A stretch of 64,000 bases of DNA from Minisyncoccota bacterium (GTDB lineage Bacteria; Patescibacteriota; Minisyncoccia; Phycocordibacterales; UBA918). The notes under the pieces are model-generated. The model saw only the letters and a program-made list of their open reading frames with translations, ran no database searches and was not told the DNA's origin. The position numbers were made by a program, and so were the translations under genes. How positions within the stretch are numbered: the first letter of the stretch is position 1; the number at the start of each line of letters is the position of its first letter. Shown piece by piece: positions 9,770 to 19,284 of this stretch. The DNA lies in assembly GCA_041389045.1 (NCBI GenBank), contig JAWKSQ010000001.1, positions 331,063 through 395,062 of the forward strand. The letters run 5' to 3'.

Positions 9770-10834
9770 ATGACTACCAATTTTCGACTCAATTTCATTG
9801 TAATTATTCTACTGATTCTCGTTAGTTTATTTTTGTGTTTGCCAACAATGTTGCAGGCCCAGGAGAGTAGCGAGACTGCAGGCACTTCGACAGAAGAAGC
9901 GATTGAAGCAACTTTATTACCAAAACCCGAAGTTAAAACGCCATGGTTTAGAGTAGAAAAGCTAACTGGTGATAACTTAGCGGTTGGTGATTTTGTCGTT
10001 GGTCCGGGACGGGCTGAAATTGAAGTGAAGCCAGGTCAGTCCACGGTCGTAGAAATATCTGTTGCCAATCGAATTAGTGATAATCGGACGTTCGAGATAA
10101 CGGTAGAAGATATCGCTGGTTCAGCTGATGGTGATCAGTCGGTTAATTTGCTTGGTGGTCAAACAGGGCCATATACCATAAAGAACTATATTTCTTTTCC
10201 AGAAAATACTTTCACGTTAGATTTGGGTGAGAGAGCTAGGATACCGGTGACAGTCACTATTCCGCCCAATGCTGAACCAGGTGGCTTTTACGGTACGGTT
10301 TTGATTTCGACTGTGACCACTGATGAGGAAGAAGAGACTGGTGCTACGGCCCGCTCGCCAATCATCGCTCGAGTAGGGACGCTCTTCTTCGTCACTGTGC
10401 CAGGTGATATTAATTATTCTGGAGAGACTAAGGATGTCTTTTTAGCTAGTAAAAGTTGGTGGTATGAAAAAGGACCAATTAACTTTAGTATTTTATATGA
10501 AAACTCCGGTTCTATTCACCTCAATCCCTACGGTGAACTTCGAATCAAGAATATCTTTGGTGAAGAAGTAGGATTCGTTGAACTTGAGCCTTGGTTCGTA
10601 CTACCTAAGTCACTTCGCTCCAGGGAAATTATTTGGGACCGAGAAATTTTATTTGGACGGTATACGGCGACGGTATTTGTAAATCGTGGCTACGATGACA
10701 TTGTAGATGAAAGGCAAGTGGTTTTCTGGGTTCTACCTTGGAAGGTGGTGGGTGGAATTTTCTTAACCGTATTTATTATTTTACTGGGATTGCGTTTCTT
10801 TTTCCGAACTTTTGAATTTAAAAGGAAGACTTAA
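9770..10834 (+). CDS. Membrane-anchored cell-surface protein with DUF916/DUF3324-like architecture
   Basis: 354 aa. Signal peptide (ILLILVSLFLCLPTMLQA). Two beta-rich halves (EIEVKPGQSTVVEISVANRISDNRTFEITVED; NSGSIHLNPYGELRIKNIFGEEVGFVELEPWFVLPKSLRS ... GRYTATVFV). C-terminal TM GGIFLTVFIILLGLRFFF plus a basic tail. Confidence 0.6.
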   Translation: MTTNFRLNFIVIILLILVSLFLCLPTMLQAQESSETAGTSTEEAIEATLLPKPEVKTPWFRVEKLTGDNLAVGDFVVGPGRAEIEVKPGQSTVVEISVANRISDNRTFEITVEDIAGSADGDQSVNLLGGQTGPYTIKNYISFPENTFTLDLGERARIPVTVTIPPNAEPGGFYGTVLISTVTTDEEEETGATARSPIIARVGTLFFVTVPGDINYSGETKDVFLASKSWWYEKGPINFSILYENSGSIHLNPYGELRIKNIFGEEVGFVELEPWFVLPKSLRSREIIWDREILFGRYTATVFVNRGYDDIVDERQVVFWVLPWKVVGGIFLTVFIILLGLRFFFRTFEFKRKT

Positions 10835-10837
10835 GTT

Positions 10838-11605
10838 ATGCTCAGTTTTAGTTATTTAACATCACTGACTACGAACGCTTTGGTCATTACCGTTTTGGTT
10901 TTGTCTGTACTTACTGTTAGTCAGGCACAAGTACGAACGAGTCCTAGTTACCAGTTAGAAAGTGACAGTATTAACTTTGCTGGTGGTTTGTCTACTTCAA
11001 CCAATTATTCACTAGAGAGTACGGCAGGAGAGATAGCTACTGGTGAGTCAAATAGTCCCTCTTACTCTTTGCGAGCTGGGTACCAGCAAATGCAAGAAGT
11101 TTTTCTTAGTATGACTGCTCCGGCCTCGGTTGTGATGTATGACGGAATTGGAGGAATCACTGGTGGAGAATCAAACGGTACTACTTCAGTAGTAATCTTG
11201 ACTGATAGTCCAAGTGGTTACCAGCTTACTATCGAAGCTGAGTCTGCGCCAGCCATGCAAAAAGGCATTGATACGATTGCTGACTATGTCCCAGCTGGCG
11301 ACCCTGATTTTACGTTTACTACTGGCGTCACTGATGCGCATTTTGGTTATTCACCAAGTGGTCCTGATATTACGCAAGCTTTTAGGGATTTTGGTGGGGT
11401 CTGTAATACCGGGTCTGTTGATACATATCTCAGTTGTTGGGATGGGCTTTCGACTTCACCTAGAATAATTGCTTTGGGTAGTGGTGGTAATCAGCCACTT
11501 GGAGCAACTACCACCATTCATTTTAAGGTGGGGCTTGGTGGTAATATAGTGGTACCGGCCGGTGATTATGTGGCTACTACCACTTTGACGGCTCTGCCAC
11601 TATGA
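10838..11605 (+). CDS. Secreted beta-sandwich-type protein, larger paralogue of 9051..9749
   Basis: 255 aa with a signal peptide. N-terminal S-x-(S/N)-Y-x-L repeats (SPSYQLES, STNYSLES, SPSYSLRAGY). Blocks shared with 9051..9749 are GITGG-x-NGTT, PDFTFTT, C ... CW-x-G-x-STS and GATTTIHFKV. The C-terminus is GDYVATTTLTALPL. Confidence 0.65.
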   Translation: MLSFSYLTSLTTNALVITVLVLSVLTVSQAQVRTSPSYQLESDSINFAGGLSTSTNYSLESTAGEIATGESNSPSYSLRAGYQQMQEVFLSMTAPASVVMYDGIGGITGGESNGTTSVVILTDSPSGYQLTIEAESAPAMQKGIDTIADYVPAGDPDFTFTTGVTDAHFGYSPSGPDITQAFRDFGGVCNTGSVDTYLSCWDGLSTSPRIIALGSGGNQPLGATTTIHFKVGLGGNIVVPAGDYVATTTLTALPL

Positions 11606-13158
11606 GACAGTATTTTTTATCTTTAGTTTTATTATCTCTACCTTTTTTAGTTACCGCAGCTACTAGTGACTTTACCATTAGAACCACTATAGTTGACGAT
11701 GCAAATCCACCGACGACACCTACCTTACTATCGGTGACACCAGTAGCGTCGACTCAAATCGATATCAGTTGGTCAACTTCAACCGATGATTACTTAATGG
11801 GTGGTTATGTGCTACTTCGTGATGGTACTCCTAGGGCGACCACCACTTTGACTAATTTTTCTGATACCGGACTAACCGCCTCTACTACTTATAGCTATGA
11901 AGTTTATGCTTTTGACTGGACCAATAACATTTCCAGTACCTCAAACGCACTAGCTACCACCACTTTAGAGGCACCGGTTCAACCGACCAGTACTGTTAGT
12001 ACTACTTCTCCGTCTAGTAACATAAATTCCAATCAAACAATTATCTTAAAGAATATTAATATTCAAACCCAGATCAATAGTGCGTCTTTGGTGTGGCAAA
12101 CGAATGTACCATCACGTTACTTTTTACGTTGGGGCAGGACCGATGCTTATGATGGTGGTTATATTGCCAATGAAACTTATCAAGCTACCCATAACACGGT
12201 AATTACTAACCTAGAACCAGACACGGTTTACCTGTATGAATTAGTAGGTACTTCACCGGCCGGTATTAATGTGGTCATTAAAACTGGTTATTTTAGGACT
12301 GCAGTTAGTCAGGGTGTACAAAATGTCCAAAATGTTAGCCGGTTAACAGCCGAAGTTTTAGACCGAGACGTTAAACTAACTTGGCAGTTGCCGATAGGTG
12401 ATTACACTAAAATCCGCATTGTTAGAAATCATCTAGGTTACCCAAGTGACCCTTTGGATGGTGCTTTTGTTTATGAAGGACTAGGGGAGAGTTATCTTGA
12501 TAGAGGTGCTTTAAATATCCATTCGCCACAATACTACACAGTCTTTGTTATTGGAGAGGATGGGACGGTTTCTTCGGGGGCAGTAGTTTCGGCTTATCTA
12601 AGTGGTTCCGGTGAAGTGATAGAGGTTGGTTCTTCAACTGCTAGTAGCACGGGTGTGCCGGTTACTCCCGATATACCTTTGTTTGGTTTAGATATCAATG
12701 ACATTGTAGTTAGTCAGGGAGTGAACGTTTTCACCTTCTTAAGTGATAGTATCGCACTCTCACACCTAGAACCATTTACGATTTCCATTACCCATGATGC
12801 TTTACCAAAACATTTGAAGTCGATTATTGTTACCTTACTTGATCCGACTGATCATCGTCGTAGCTACTCGTTTTTACTTAAAATCAACAACGATGGCGAT
12901 GCTTATGAGGCCACTATCGCACCGCTAAATGTCCTAGGTGTTTCCAGGTTACAAATTGAGATCTTTGATTATGAGCGGATGTTAGTTGGTAAATATCAAA
13001 AACAGTTAGACTTCAAAGCTCTAAAGCATCAGGGTGGGAAGGAAGTTATTTTCCCGGATGCAATCGTCGATTCTTTTTCGGGAGACATGAAAAAGTACCT
13101 TATCGGTCTGGAGTTCTTTTCGGCTCTTCTTATTTTTCTTCTTTTGGCGTCGCACTGA
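11602..13158 (+). CDS. FN3-repeat surface protein with C-terminal membrane anchor
   Basis: 518 aa with a signal peptide. FN3-like modules (PTLLSVTPVASTQIDISWSTSTDD ... STTYSYEVYAFD; ASLVWQTNVPS ... PDTVYLYEL; VKLTWQLP ... YYTVFV). C-terminal TM LIGLEFFSALLIFLLLA. The start overlaps the upstream stop (ATGA). Confidence 0.7.
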   Translation: MRQYFLSLVLLSLPFLVTAATSDFTIRTTIVDDANPPTTPTLLSVTPVASTQIDISWSTSTDDYLMGGYVLLRDGTPRATTTLTNFSDTGLTASTTYSYEVYAFDWTNNISSTSNALATTTLEAPVQPTSTVSTTSPSSNINSNQTIILKNINIQTQINSASLVWQTNVPSRYFLRWGRTDAYDGGYIANETYQATHNTVITNLEPDTVYLYELVGTSPAGINVVIKTGYFRTAVSQGVQNVQNVSRLTAEVLDRDVKLTWQLPIGDYTKIRIVRNHLGYPSDPLDGAFVYEGLGESYLDRGALNIHSPQYYTVFVIGEDGTVSSGAVVSAYLSGSGEVIEVGSSTASSTGVPVTPDIPLFGLDINDIVVSQGVNVFTFLSDSIALSHLEPFTISITHDALPKHLKSIIVTLLDPTDHRRSYSFLLKINNDGDAYEATIAPLNVLGVSRLQIEIFDYERMLVGKYQKQLDFKALKHQGGKEVIFPDAIVDSFSGDMKKYLIGLEFFSALLIFLLLASH

Positions 13159-13244
13159 AGAAGATGAGGATAAGAAATAGTGTCGATTTTTGATTTTATC
13201 GTTATAGTAGTTAGAGTTAATTAGTTTATTTATTTTTATATCGT

Positions 13245-14270
13245 ATGATTCGTGTTGCAATTAATGGTTTTGGTCGTATTGGTCGAACATTCTTCCGCCT
13301 AGCTTACGGCAATCCTAATTTTGAAGTGGTCGCCGTCAATGACTTGGGTGATTTAGAAAACCTGGCTTATTTACTTGAGTATGACTCTGTCTATGGACGC
13401 AGTCCATTTTCGGTAGAAGTGAAAGAAGGAGCTCTACATATACAGGGTAAGAAAGTAGCCTTTGTGCAAGAGCGTGAGCCAGCTAAGTTACCTTGGCGAG
13501 ATATGAATATCGATGTGGTGGTTGAGTCGACTGGATTCTTTACTACCTATGAAGGTTCCAAGCTACACCTAGATGCCGGAGCCAAGCGAGTAGTTATCTC
13601 AGCACCAGCTAAGGGGGCAGAGGATATTCCTGGAGCAACTGGAGCGACGGTTTTGATGGGCGTAAATGAAGATCGCTTAAACACCTGTCAGATTTCTTCT
13701 AATGCCAGCTGTACTACCAACGCCACCAGTCCACTGATCGCTATTTTGAAGGAGGCGATTGGTATTGATAAGGCGGTGCTAAATACCGTACACGCATACA
13801 CTGCTTCACAATCTCTAGTAGACGCACCAAGTAAGAAGGATAGACGGGCTGGCCGGGCAGCTGCGCTCAATATCATTCCGAGCACTACAGGCGCAGCTAT
13901 TGCTACCACACTAGCTCATCCCGAATTGTCTGGTAAGTTTGATGGGATTGCGATGCGAGTGCCGGTCCCGGTCGGGTCTATTGTGGACGTCACTTTTATC
14001 GCCAAGCGTGACACAACGGTGGAAGAGGTGAATGAAGCTTTGCTGAAAGCAGCTAAAGAAGATCGCTGGAAGAACTTATTTGCGGTCACAAATGAAGAAA
14101 TAGTTTCGACTGATATCATTGGTTCGAGAGTAGGTTCCATTGCTGACTTATCTTTCACTAAAGTAGTGGGTGGAAACTTAGTTAAGGTGCTCGCTTGGTA
14201 TGATAACGAAACTAGTTATACTCAGACTTTACTAGAGCATGTTCAAGCTGTAGCTAAGCGTTTAAGTTAA
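13245..14270 (+). CDS. gap: Glyceraldehyde-3-phosphate dehydrogenase, type I
   Basis: 341 aa. INGFGRIGR NAD-binding motif and catalytic SNASCTTNA. Confidence 0.95.
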   Translation: MIRVAINGFGRIGRTFFRLAYGNPNFEVVAVNDLGDLENLAYLLEYDSVYGRSPFSVEVKEGALHIQGKKVAFVQEREPAKLPWRDMNIDVVVESTGFFTTYEGSKLHLDAGAKRVVISAPAKGAEDIPGATGATVLMGVNEDRLNTCQISSNASCTTNATSPLIAILKEAIGIDKAVLNTVHAYTASQSLVDAPSKKDRRAGRAAALNIIPSTTGAAIATTLAHPELSGKFDGIAMRVPVPVGSIVDVTFIAKRDTTVEEVNEALLKAAKEDRWKNLFAVTNEEIVSTDIIGSRVGSIADLSFTKVVGGNLVKVLAWYDNETSYTQTLLEHVQAVAKRLS

Positions 14271-14273
14271 TGT

Positions 14274-14756
14274 ATGTCAGCCAGGCGGACAATACATCTC
14301 GCTACCGATCACGCCGGCTTTGCCCATAAAGAAGCGGTGAAAGAGTGGCTTCTGAAGTCTGCTGATTATGAGGTGTTTGACCACGGCGCAAAGTCGTTTG
14401 AACCATTGGATGATTTTCCCGATTACATTCGTCTGGCCGTAAGTGCGGTGTCGACTAATCCCGAATCTTGCCTAGCCATAATTTTTGGTGGTTCGGGGCA
14501 AGGTGAAGCCATGGTAGCTAATCGCTTTCCGCGTGTTAGGGCTACTGTCTACTACGGTAGTAATCCAGAAATAATTGAATTATCAAGAGCGCATAATGAT
14601 GCTAATGTTTTATCAATTGGTGCTCGCTTTGTGTCCTTAGAAGAAACCAAAGAAGTTATTACTAAGTGGCTTATGGCGGAGGTGCTGACTGATGAAAAAT
14701 ACCAAAGACGAAATAAAAAGATTGAAACTATTACTAGGGAAATTCACGCCATATGA
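14274..14756 (+). CDS. rpiB: Ribose-5-phosphate isomerase B
   Basis: 160 aa. RpiB/LacA/LacB-type motifs LATDHAGF, GGSGQGEAMVANR and ANVLSIGARF. Confidence 0.9.
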   Translation: MSARRTIHLATDHAGFAHKEAVKEWLLKSADYEVFDHGAKSFEPLDDFPDYIRLAVSAVSTNPESCLAIIFGGSGQGEAMVANRFPRVRATVYYGSNPEIIELSRAHNDANVLSIGARFVSLEETKEVITKWLMAEVLTDEKYQRRNKKIETITREIHAI

Positions 14757-15400
14757 TACCAATAGTGCCAGCGGTTATTCCGAAGTCTCTTGCTCATGCA
14801 CGGGAGGTAATCAGTACGCTTACTTTTTCGCCGGAGATCCATGTTGATGTAGTTGATGGTAAGTTTGTCCCGTTTATTTCTTGGCCCTATACTCCAGCCG
14901 GAGAGCCGTCAGAGGTGAGGGATTTAACAGACCAGTTTACGCTCGAAGTTGATCTGATGGTGGAAGACCCGGTAGTGGCGGGTAGGCAGTGGGCCAAAGC
15001 CGGAGCGGATATGTTGGTTTTTCATATTGAAAATACGACCCCGGAAGAGTTAGCTGATTTTGCGACCCAATATTCTGGCTCCATCATTATTTCTGCCCTC
15101 AATAGTACGCCACTGTCTAACCTCGAACCTTATCTAGAATGGACAGATGGTATACAACTCATGGGTATAGCCGAAATTGGTACCCAGGGACAGGCTTTTG
15201 ATGAAAGGGTGTTGGACAGAATCGTTAGTTTAAAGCAAGTTTACCCCGCTTTACCTATTACGATAGACGGCAGTGTAAATGCTGAGACGATTGTGAGATT
15301 AAAGGAAGCTGGGGCTGATCGCTTTATTTGTGGCTCAGCGATTGTGGGAGCGACTGATCCGTACCTGGCTCATCAAAATTTATCAAAGTTGATTAACTAA
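14753..15400 (+). CDS. rpe: Ribulose-phosphate 3-epimerase-like TIM-barrel protein
   Basis: 215 aa. HVDVVDGKFVP, DLMV, TIDGSVN and GSAIVG motifs. ATGA overlap with rpiB. Confidence 0.8.
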   Translation: MIPIVPAVIPKSLAHAREVISTLTFSPEIHVDVVDGKFVPFISWPYTPAGEPSEVRDLTDQFTLEVDLMVEDPVVAGRQWAKAGADMLVFHIENTTPEELADFATQYSGSIIISALNSTPLSNLEPYLEWTDGIQLMGIAEIGTQGQAFDERVLDRIVSLKQVYPALPITIDGSVNAETIVRLKEAGADRFICGSAIVGATDPYLAHQNLSKLIN

Positions 15401-15451
15401 CAGTCATAGTCTACTCGCCCTGAACTTAGCTTGGTATACTCAAGTAGTAAT

Positions 15452-16348
15452 ATGCATTATCTTTCCACTAAAGAAGTTAGAAACTTAGAATTAAAGGCCA
15501 ATCAAATTAGGCAGAGTATTATCGAGATGTTGGTGGCGGCAGGTAGTGGACATACCGCGGGACCACTTGGTATGGCTGATATTTTTACTTTGCTTTACTT
15601 CAAAGTCCTTCAGCATGATCCAAAGAATCCAGAGTGGGAGGAACGAGATAGACTAGTACTTTCTAATGGACACATCTGCCCAGTGCTCTACGCCACCTTA
15701 GCGCACGCCGGGTATTTTCCGGTAGAGGAATTAATCACGTTACGTAAATTTGGCTCACGTTTGCAAGGACATCCGCACCGAGAGTCGTTGCCGGGACTCG
15801 AGACTAGTTCTGGACCACTTGGTTCTGGTTTGTCTCAGGCGGTTGGTATGGCTTTGGCCGAAAGAATTAACAATCCCTACTCATCAAAATACTTTTATTG
15901 TTTAGCGGGAGATGGTGAACTTAATGAAGGACAGATTTGGGAAGCTGCGATGTTGGCTGGTAAAGAAAAGCTCCATAACCTGATTATGATTATTGATCGC
16001 AATGGAATTCAGATTGATGGGTATACCAAAGATGTAATGCCACTAGAGCCACTGGCCGAAAAATTTGAGTCATTTGGTTTTGATGTACAAGAAGTTGATG
16101 GGCACAACATCCGGGCAATGAATGATGCTATTGGTAAAGCTCAGGCAGTCTATAGTCAGCCGTCAGTCATTATTGCTCACACCATTGCCTCCAAAGGAGT
16201 TGATGTCTTTGAGCGAGATTTTCGCTGGCATGGCAATCCGCCAGGGAAGGGGCCAGAAGATAGAGTACCAAAAGATAAGCAAGCTGAAGTGGCCTTAGAA
16301 AAATTACGTACTTTAGCCGGACTTATTTCTAAAGAAGATATTTCGTAA
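15452..16348 (+). CDS. Transketolase, N-terminal (thiamine-PP-binding) subunit
   Basis: GHTAGPLG, LSNGH and GDGELNEGQIWEA motifs. ATG 15452 is preferred over in-frame TTG 15431. Confidence 0.9.
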   Translation: MHYLSTKEVRNLELKANQIRQSIIEMLVAAGSGHTAGPLGMADIFTLLYFKVLQHDPKNPEWEERDRLVLSNGHICPVLYATLAHAGYFPVEELITLRKFGSRLQGHPHRESLPGLETSSGPLGSGLSQAVGMALAERINNPYSSKYFYCLAGDGELNEGQIWEAAMLAGKEKLHNLIMIIDRNGIQIDGYTKDVMPLEPLAEKFESFGFDVQEVDGHNIRAMNDAIGKAQAVYSQPSVIIAHTIASKGVDVFERDFRWHGNPPGKGPEDRVPKDKQAEVALEKLRTLAGLISKEDIS

Positions 16349-16350
16349 TT

Positions 16351-17337
16351 ATGTTAGTACAACACCTAGATAAAAAATTTGATACCGCTGAAATGGGTAG
16401 TGTACCGAACCGGAATGGTTTTGGTGAAGGTTTGGTAGAAGCCGGGAAGCGTGATGATCGCGTCGTAGCTCTCTCAGCGGACTTAACCGAGTCGACCAGA
16501 ACCCTACCTTTTGCTGAGACTTTCCCAAAACGTTTTATTCAAGTCGGTATCGCAGAACAAAACATGGCTTCGGTAGCAGCGGGAATGTCTGCTATGGGTA
16601 AGATACCGTTCATTGCTTCTTACGCCATGTTTTCTCCTGGCCGTAGTTGGGAACAGATTCGTACTACGATTGCTTATAATAATAGTAATGTAAAGATTAT
16701 CGGTGCCCACGCCGGGGTGTCGGTCGGTCCAGATGGGGCGACTCATCAAGCGATAGAAGATATCGCTATTATGCGTGTTATGCCTAATATGGTTGTGATT
16801 GCTCCAGCGGATGTGCATGAAGCTAGAAAGGCGGTCTTGGCGGCAGCTAAATATGAAGGCCCGGTCTACATTAGAGTTGGGCGTAGTAATACACCAGTGG
16901 TAACTACACTGGAGTCGCCCTTTGCGATTGGTAAGGCAGAGGTCATGTATGAAAGAAATACTGAGTTAGAAAACCCAATCGCGATTGTGGTAACAGGGAC
17001 ACTTTTGTTTAATGCTCTTAAGTCGGCTCAAAAATTGGAAGAGCAAGGGGTAGGGGTGACTGTGCTTCATATGCCAACCATCAAACCACTTGATACAGAT
17101 GCATTACTTAACTTAACTAAAGAACATGCTGGCATCGTCACGGTGGAAGAACATCAAGTGGCCGGTGGTCTCGGTAGTGCTGTAGCTGAATACTTGTCTT
17201 CAGTAAAACCAACCAAGATTGTACGGGTAGGGGTAAGCGACCAGTTCGGTCAGTCTGGCGAACCTGATGAGTTAATTGAGCATTATGGCATGGGAATTGA
17301 GTCTATTGTCGAGGCGGGAATAAAGTGCCGAAACTAA
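16351..17337 (+). CDS. Transketolase, C-terminal (pyrimidine-binding) subunit
   Basis: 328 aa. FIQVGIAEQNM, GPDGATHQAIEDIA and C-terminal domain motifs. It directly follows the N-terminal subunit gene. Confidence 0.9.
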   Translation: MLVQHLDKKFDTAEMGSVPNRNGFGEGLVEAGKRDDRVVALSADLTESTRTLPFAETFPKRFIQVGIAEQNMASVAAGMSAMGKIPFIASYAMFSPGRSWEQIRTTIAYNNSNVKIIGAHAGVSVGPDGATHQAIEDIAIMRVMPNMVVIAPADVHEARKAVLAAAKYEGPVYIRVGRSNTPVVTTLESPFAIGKAEVMYERNTELENPIAIVVTGTLLFNALKSAQKLEEQGVGVTVLHMPTIKPLDTDALLNLTKEHAGIVTVEEHQVAGGLGSAVAEYLSSVKPTKIVRVGVSDQFGQSGEPDELIEHYGMGIESIVEAGIKCRN

Positions 17338-17347
17338 CCCAAAATCA

Positions 17348-17386
17348 AATAAACACCCCAAATGTACTAGGTTTGGGGTGTTTATT
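17348..17386 (+). terminator. Rho-independent-type hairpin after the tkt genes
   Basis: aataaacaccccaaa ... tttggggtgtttatt. Confidence 0.6.
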
Positions 17387-17410
17387 CGTAAAAGCAGGCT
17401 TTTGAGACCT

Positions 17411-17441
17411 AAAACCCCGCGACCGAAGGTCGCGGGGTTTT
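17411..17441. terminator. Bidirectional GC-rich hairpin between convergent genes
   Basis: aaaaccccgcgacc-gaa-ggtcgcggggtttt, flanked by an A-run and a T-run. Confidence 0.75.
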
Positions 17442-17461
17442 AGTAGACTTACGACTAAGTA

Positions 17462-18466
17462 TTAGTCAATTTTCTTGGCTACATAATCTTCGGGTTTATT
17501 ATCGAGGAATTTGAGTAGTTCTTCGCGAGGTAGCAATCCTGCCTGAGCGCCGATTTGTTGGACGACAGACATAGAGTTAATTGGTCCCCACGCCAGTGCC
17601 TCAGCCGGTGTTTTACCTAGGGCAATCGCTGAGGTGAAGGTAGAAGCAAAAGCATCTCCAGCGCCGGTACGGTCAACTGGTTCAGCTGGATCTGGGTACA
17701 TTGGCATGTGCCAAGCTTGGTCTTCGGTATCAACCACATAAGCACCATGGGGTCCGTCAGTCACTACCGGTAAAACTGGACCTAGTTCTTTTAGTTTTCG
17801 AAGTAGAGTTGGAACATGTTGTTCGTCGGTCTCAAGGATTTCTTGAGCTTCCTCTTTGTTGCAGAAGAATATTTCTGTAACGGCGTAAAGTTCCTTTAAG
17901 GCTTCTTTACCAAGTCTGATTTGGAATGATCCTGGTTGGAAGACTAACTTGGTTTCGGTATTTTTAATGTATTCAGCAATTTCAAAGTGATGTGGGAGAC
18001 CATGTTCACCGATAGAAGAGAAGTAAAGATAGCGTGGTGGTACAGCGAAGTCAGGTAAACTATAAGGAAATTCTGAGTGTTTAATAAGAATAGTTCGCTC
18101 TGGTCCATATCTTAGAACATAGTGGTAATTGGTATTTTTCCCTTCGTGAACCTTTACGTACTCGGTATTAACACCCTCTTGTCTCAAGGCTTCTAAACAG
18201 TCTTTACCATATCGGTCATGACCGACGTTTGTTACTAAAGCAGTTTTTAAACCTAGTCTATGGGCTGAGACAGCGGCATTTGGTGAATTACCTACAGCGT
18301 TGATAACTTTAACGTCTTTGTAGGGTAGTTTGCTACCAAAAGGCATATGGAGTGTCTGGCGTCCAGTGTCCATATCCTGACTGACATCAGCGGAATCCTT
18401 ATCAAGCTCTATAAATGCATCGATGACTATGTCACCGAGCGCTACGAAATCATATTGTTCTGACAT
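17462..18466 (-). CDS. PfkB-family carbohydrate/ribo-kinase
   Basis: 334 aa. N-terminal GDIVIDAF and the C-terminal DRTGAGDAFASTF anion-hole motif. Confidence 0.85.
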   Translation of the reverse strand: MSEQYDFVALGDIVIDAFIELDKDSADVSQDMDTGRQTLHMPFGSKLPYKDVKVINAVGNSPNAAVSAHRLGLKTALVTNVGHDRYGKDCLEALRQEGVNTEYVKVHEGKNTNYHYVLRYGPERTILIKHSEFPYSLPDFAVPPRYLYFSSIGEHGLPHHFEIAEYIKNTETKLVFQPGSFQIRLGKEALKELYAVTEIFFCNKEEAQEILETDEQHVPTLLRKLKELGPVLPVVTDGPHGAYVVDTEDQAWHMPMYPDPAEPVDRTGAGDAFASTFTSAIALGKTPAEALAWGPINSMSVVQQIGAQAGLLPREELLKFLDNKPEDYVAKKID

Positions 18467-18534
18467 ATATGCGTATTGTACCTTACTTGGTCAGTGATTT
18501 TTGGTAAGTAGTAACTGGAGTGGGGAGATAGTGC

Positions 18535-19200
18535 ATGCAAGCAAAAGGTGTGATATCTTTGTGGCATATGACAGTAAAATTGCCAATCGAACCAAGAACT
18601 AAGAATAAAAGAGGAGTTGCTGAATACCTAAAAGAACGTATACCAGCTGTTGTGTATGGCCGAAAACAAGAACCAGTATCGGTTTTTGTTGAGCGAAAAG
18701 AATTTGAAAAGACATTTAAGACAGCAGGGGAATCAACCGTAATTGTTCTTGAAGGACTAAGTGCTCCGATTGAGGTGTTGGTAAAAGATGTAACCTTTGC
18801 TCCAATCAAGGGTGGTATCGTGCATGTGGATTTTTATGCCCTAGAAAAAGGTAAAGAAATTGTCACCCACGTACCACTACACTTTATTGGTGAAGCGCCA
18901 GCTACTAAAGTAGGCGCAGTAGTAAATAAAGTGATGCATGAAGTGACAGTGTCCTGCAAGGCGACTGATTTACCTGCACATATCGATGTGGACCTAGCGT
19001 TACTGACCGAGGTTGAATCAAAAATCACTGTCGCTGACATTGTAGCTCCAAAGGGGGTAAAAATTTCTGAAGCGCCAGAGCAGATAGTGGCTTTGGCCGA
19101 AGAAGTAGAGGAGGTAATTGAGGAAGAAACAACAATCGCTGCGGCTGACGTTCCGGCTGAACAAAAAGGTAAGGTTGAAGACGAAGGAGGGGAGAAGTAA
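18535..19200 (+). CDS. rplY: Ribosomal protein L25/Ctc with acidic C-terminal tail
   Basis: RIPAVVYG, HVDFY and long-form Ctc domain 2. The true start may be in-frame ATG 18568 (MTVKLPIEPR). Confidence 0.85.
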   Translation: MQAKGVISLWHMTVKLPIEPRTKNKRGVAEYLKERIPAVVYGRKQEPVSVFVERKEFEKTFKTAGESTVIVLEGLSAPIEVLVKDVTFAPIKGGIVHVDFYALEKGKEIVTHVPLHFIGEAPATKVGAVVNKVMHEVTVSCKATDLPAHIDVDLALLTEVESKITVADIVAPKGVKISEAPEQIVALAEEVEEVIEEETTIAAADVPAEQKGKVEDEGGEK

Positions 19201-19216
19201 TCTTTTAGAATTTAAT

Positions 19217-19250
19217 ACACACCCCTTGGTCTTCGGGCCAAGGGGTGTGT
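19217..19250 (+). terminator. Rho-independent terminator after rplY
   Basis: acacaccccttggtc-ttcg-ggccaaggggtgtgt followed by atgtttt. Confidence 0.8.
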
Positions 19251-19284
19251 ATGTTTTGATTGTTTTGTTATACTAGAGAGAATT

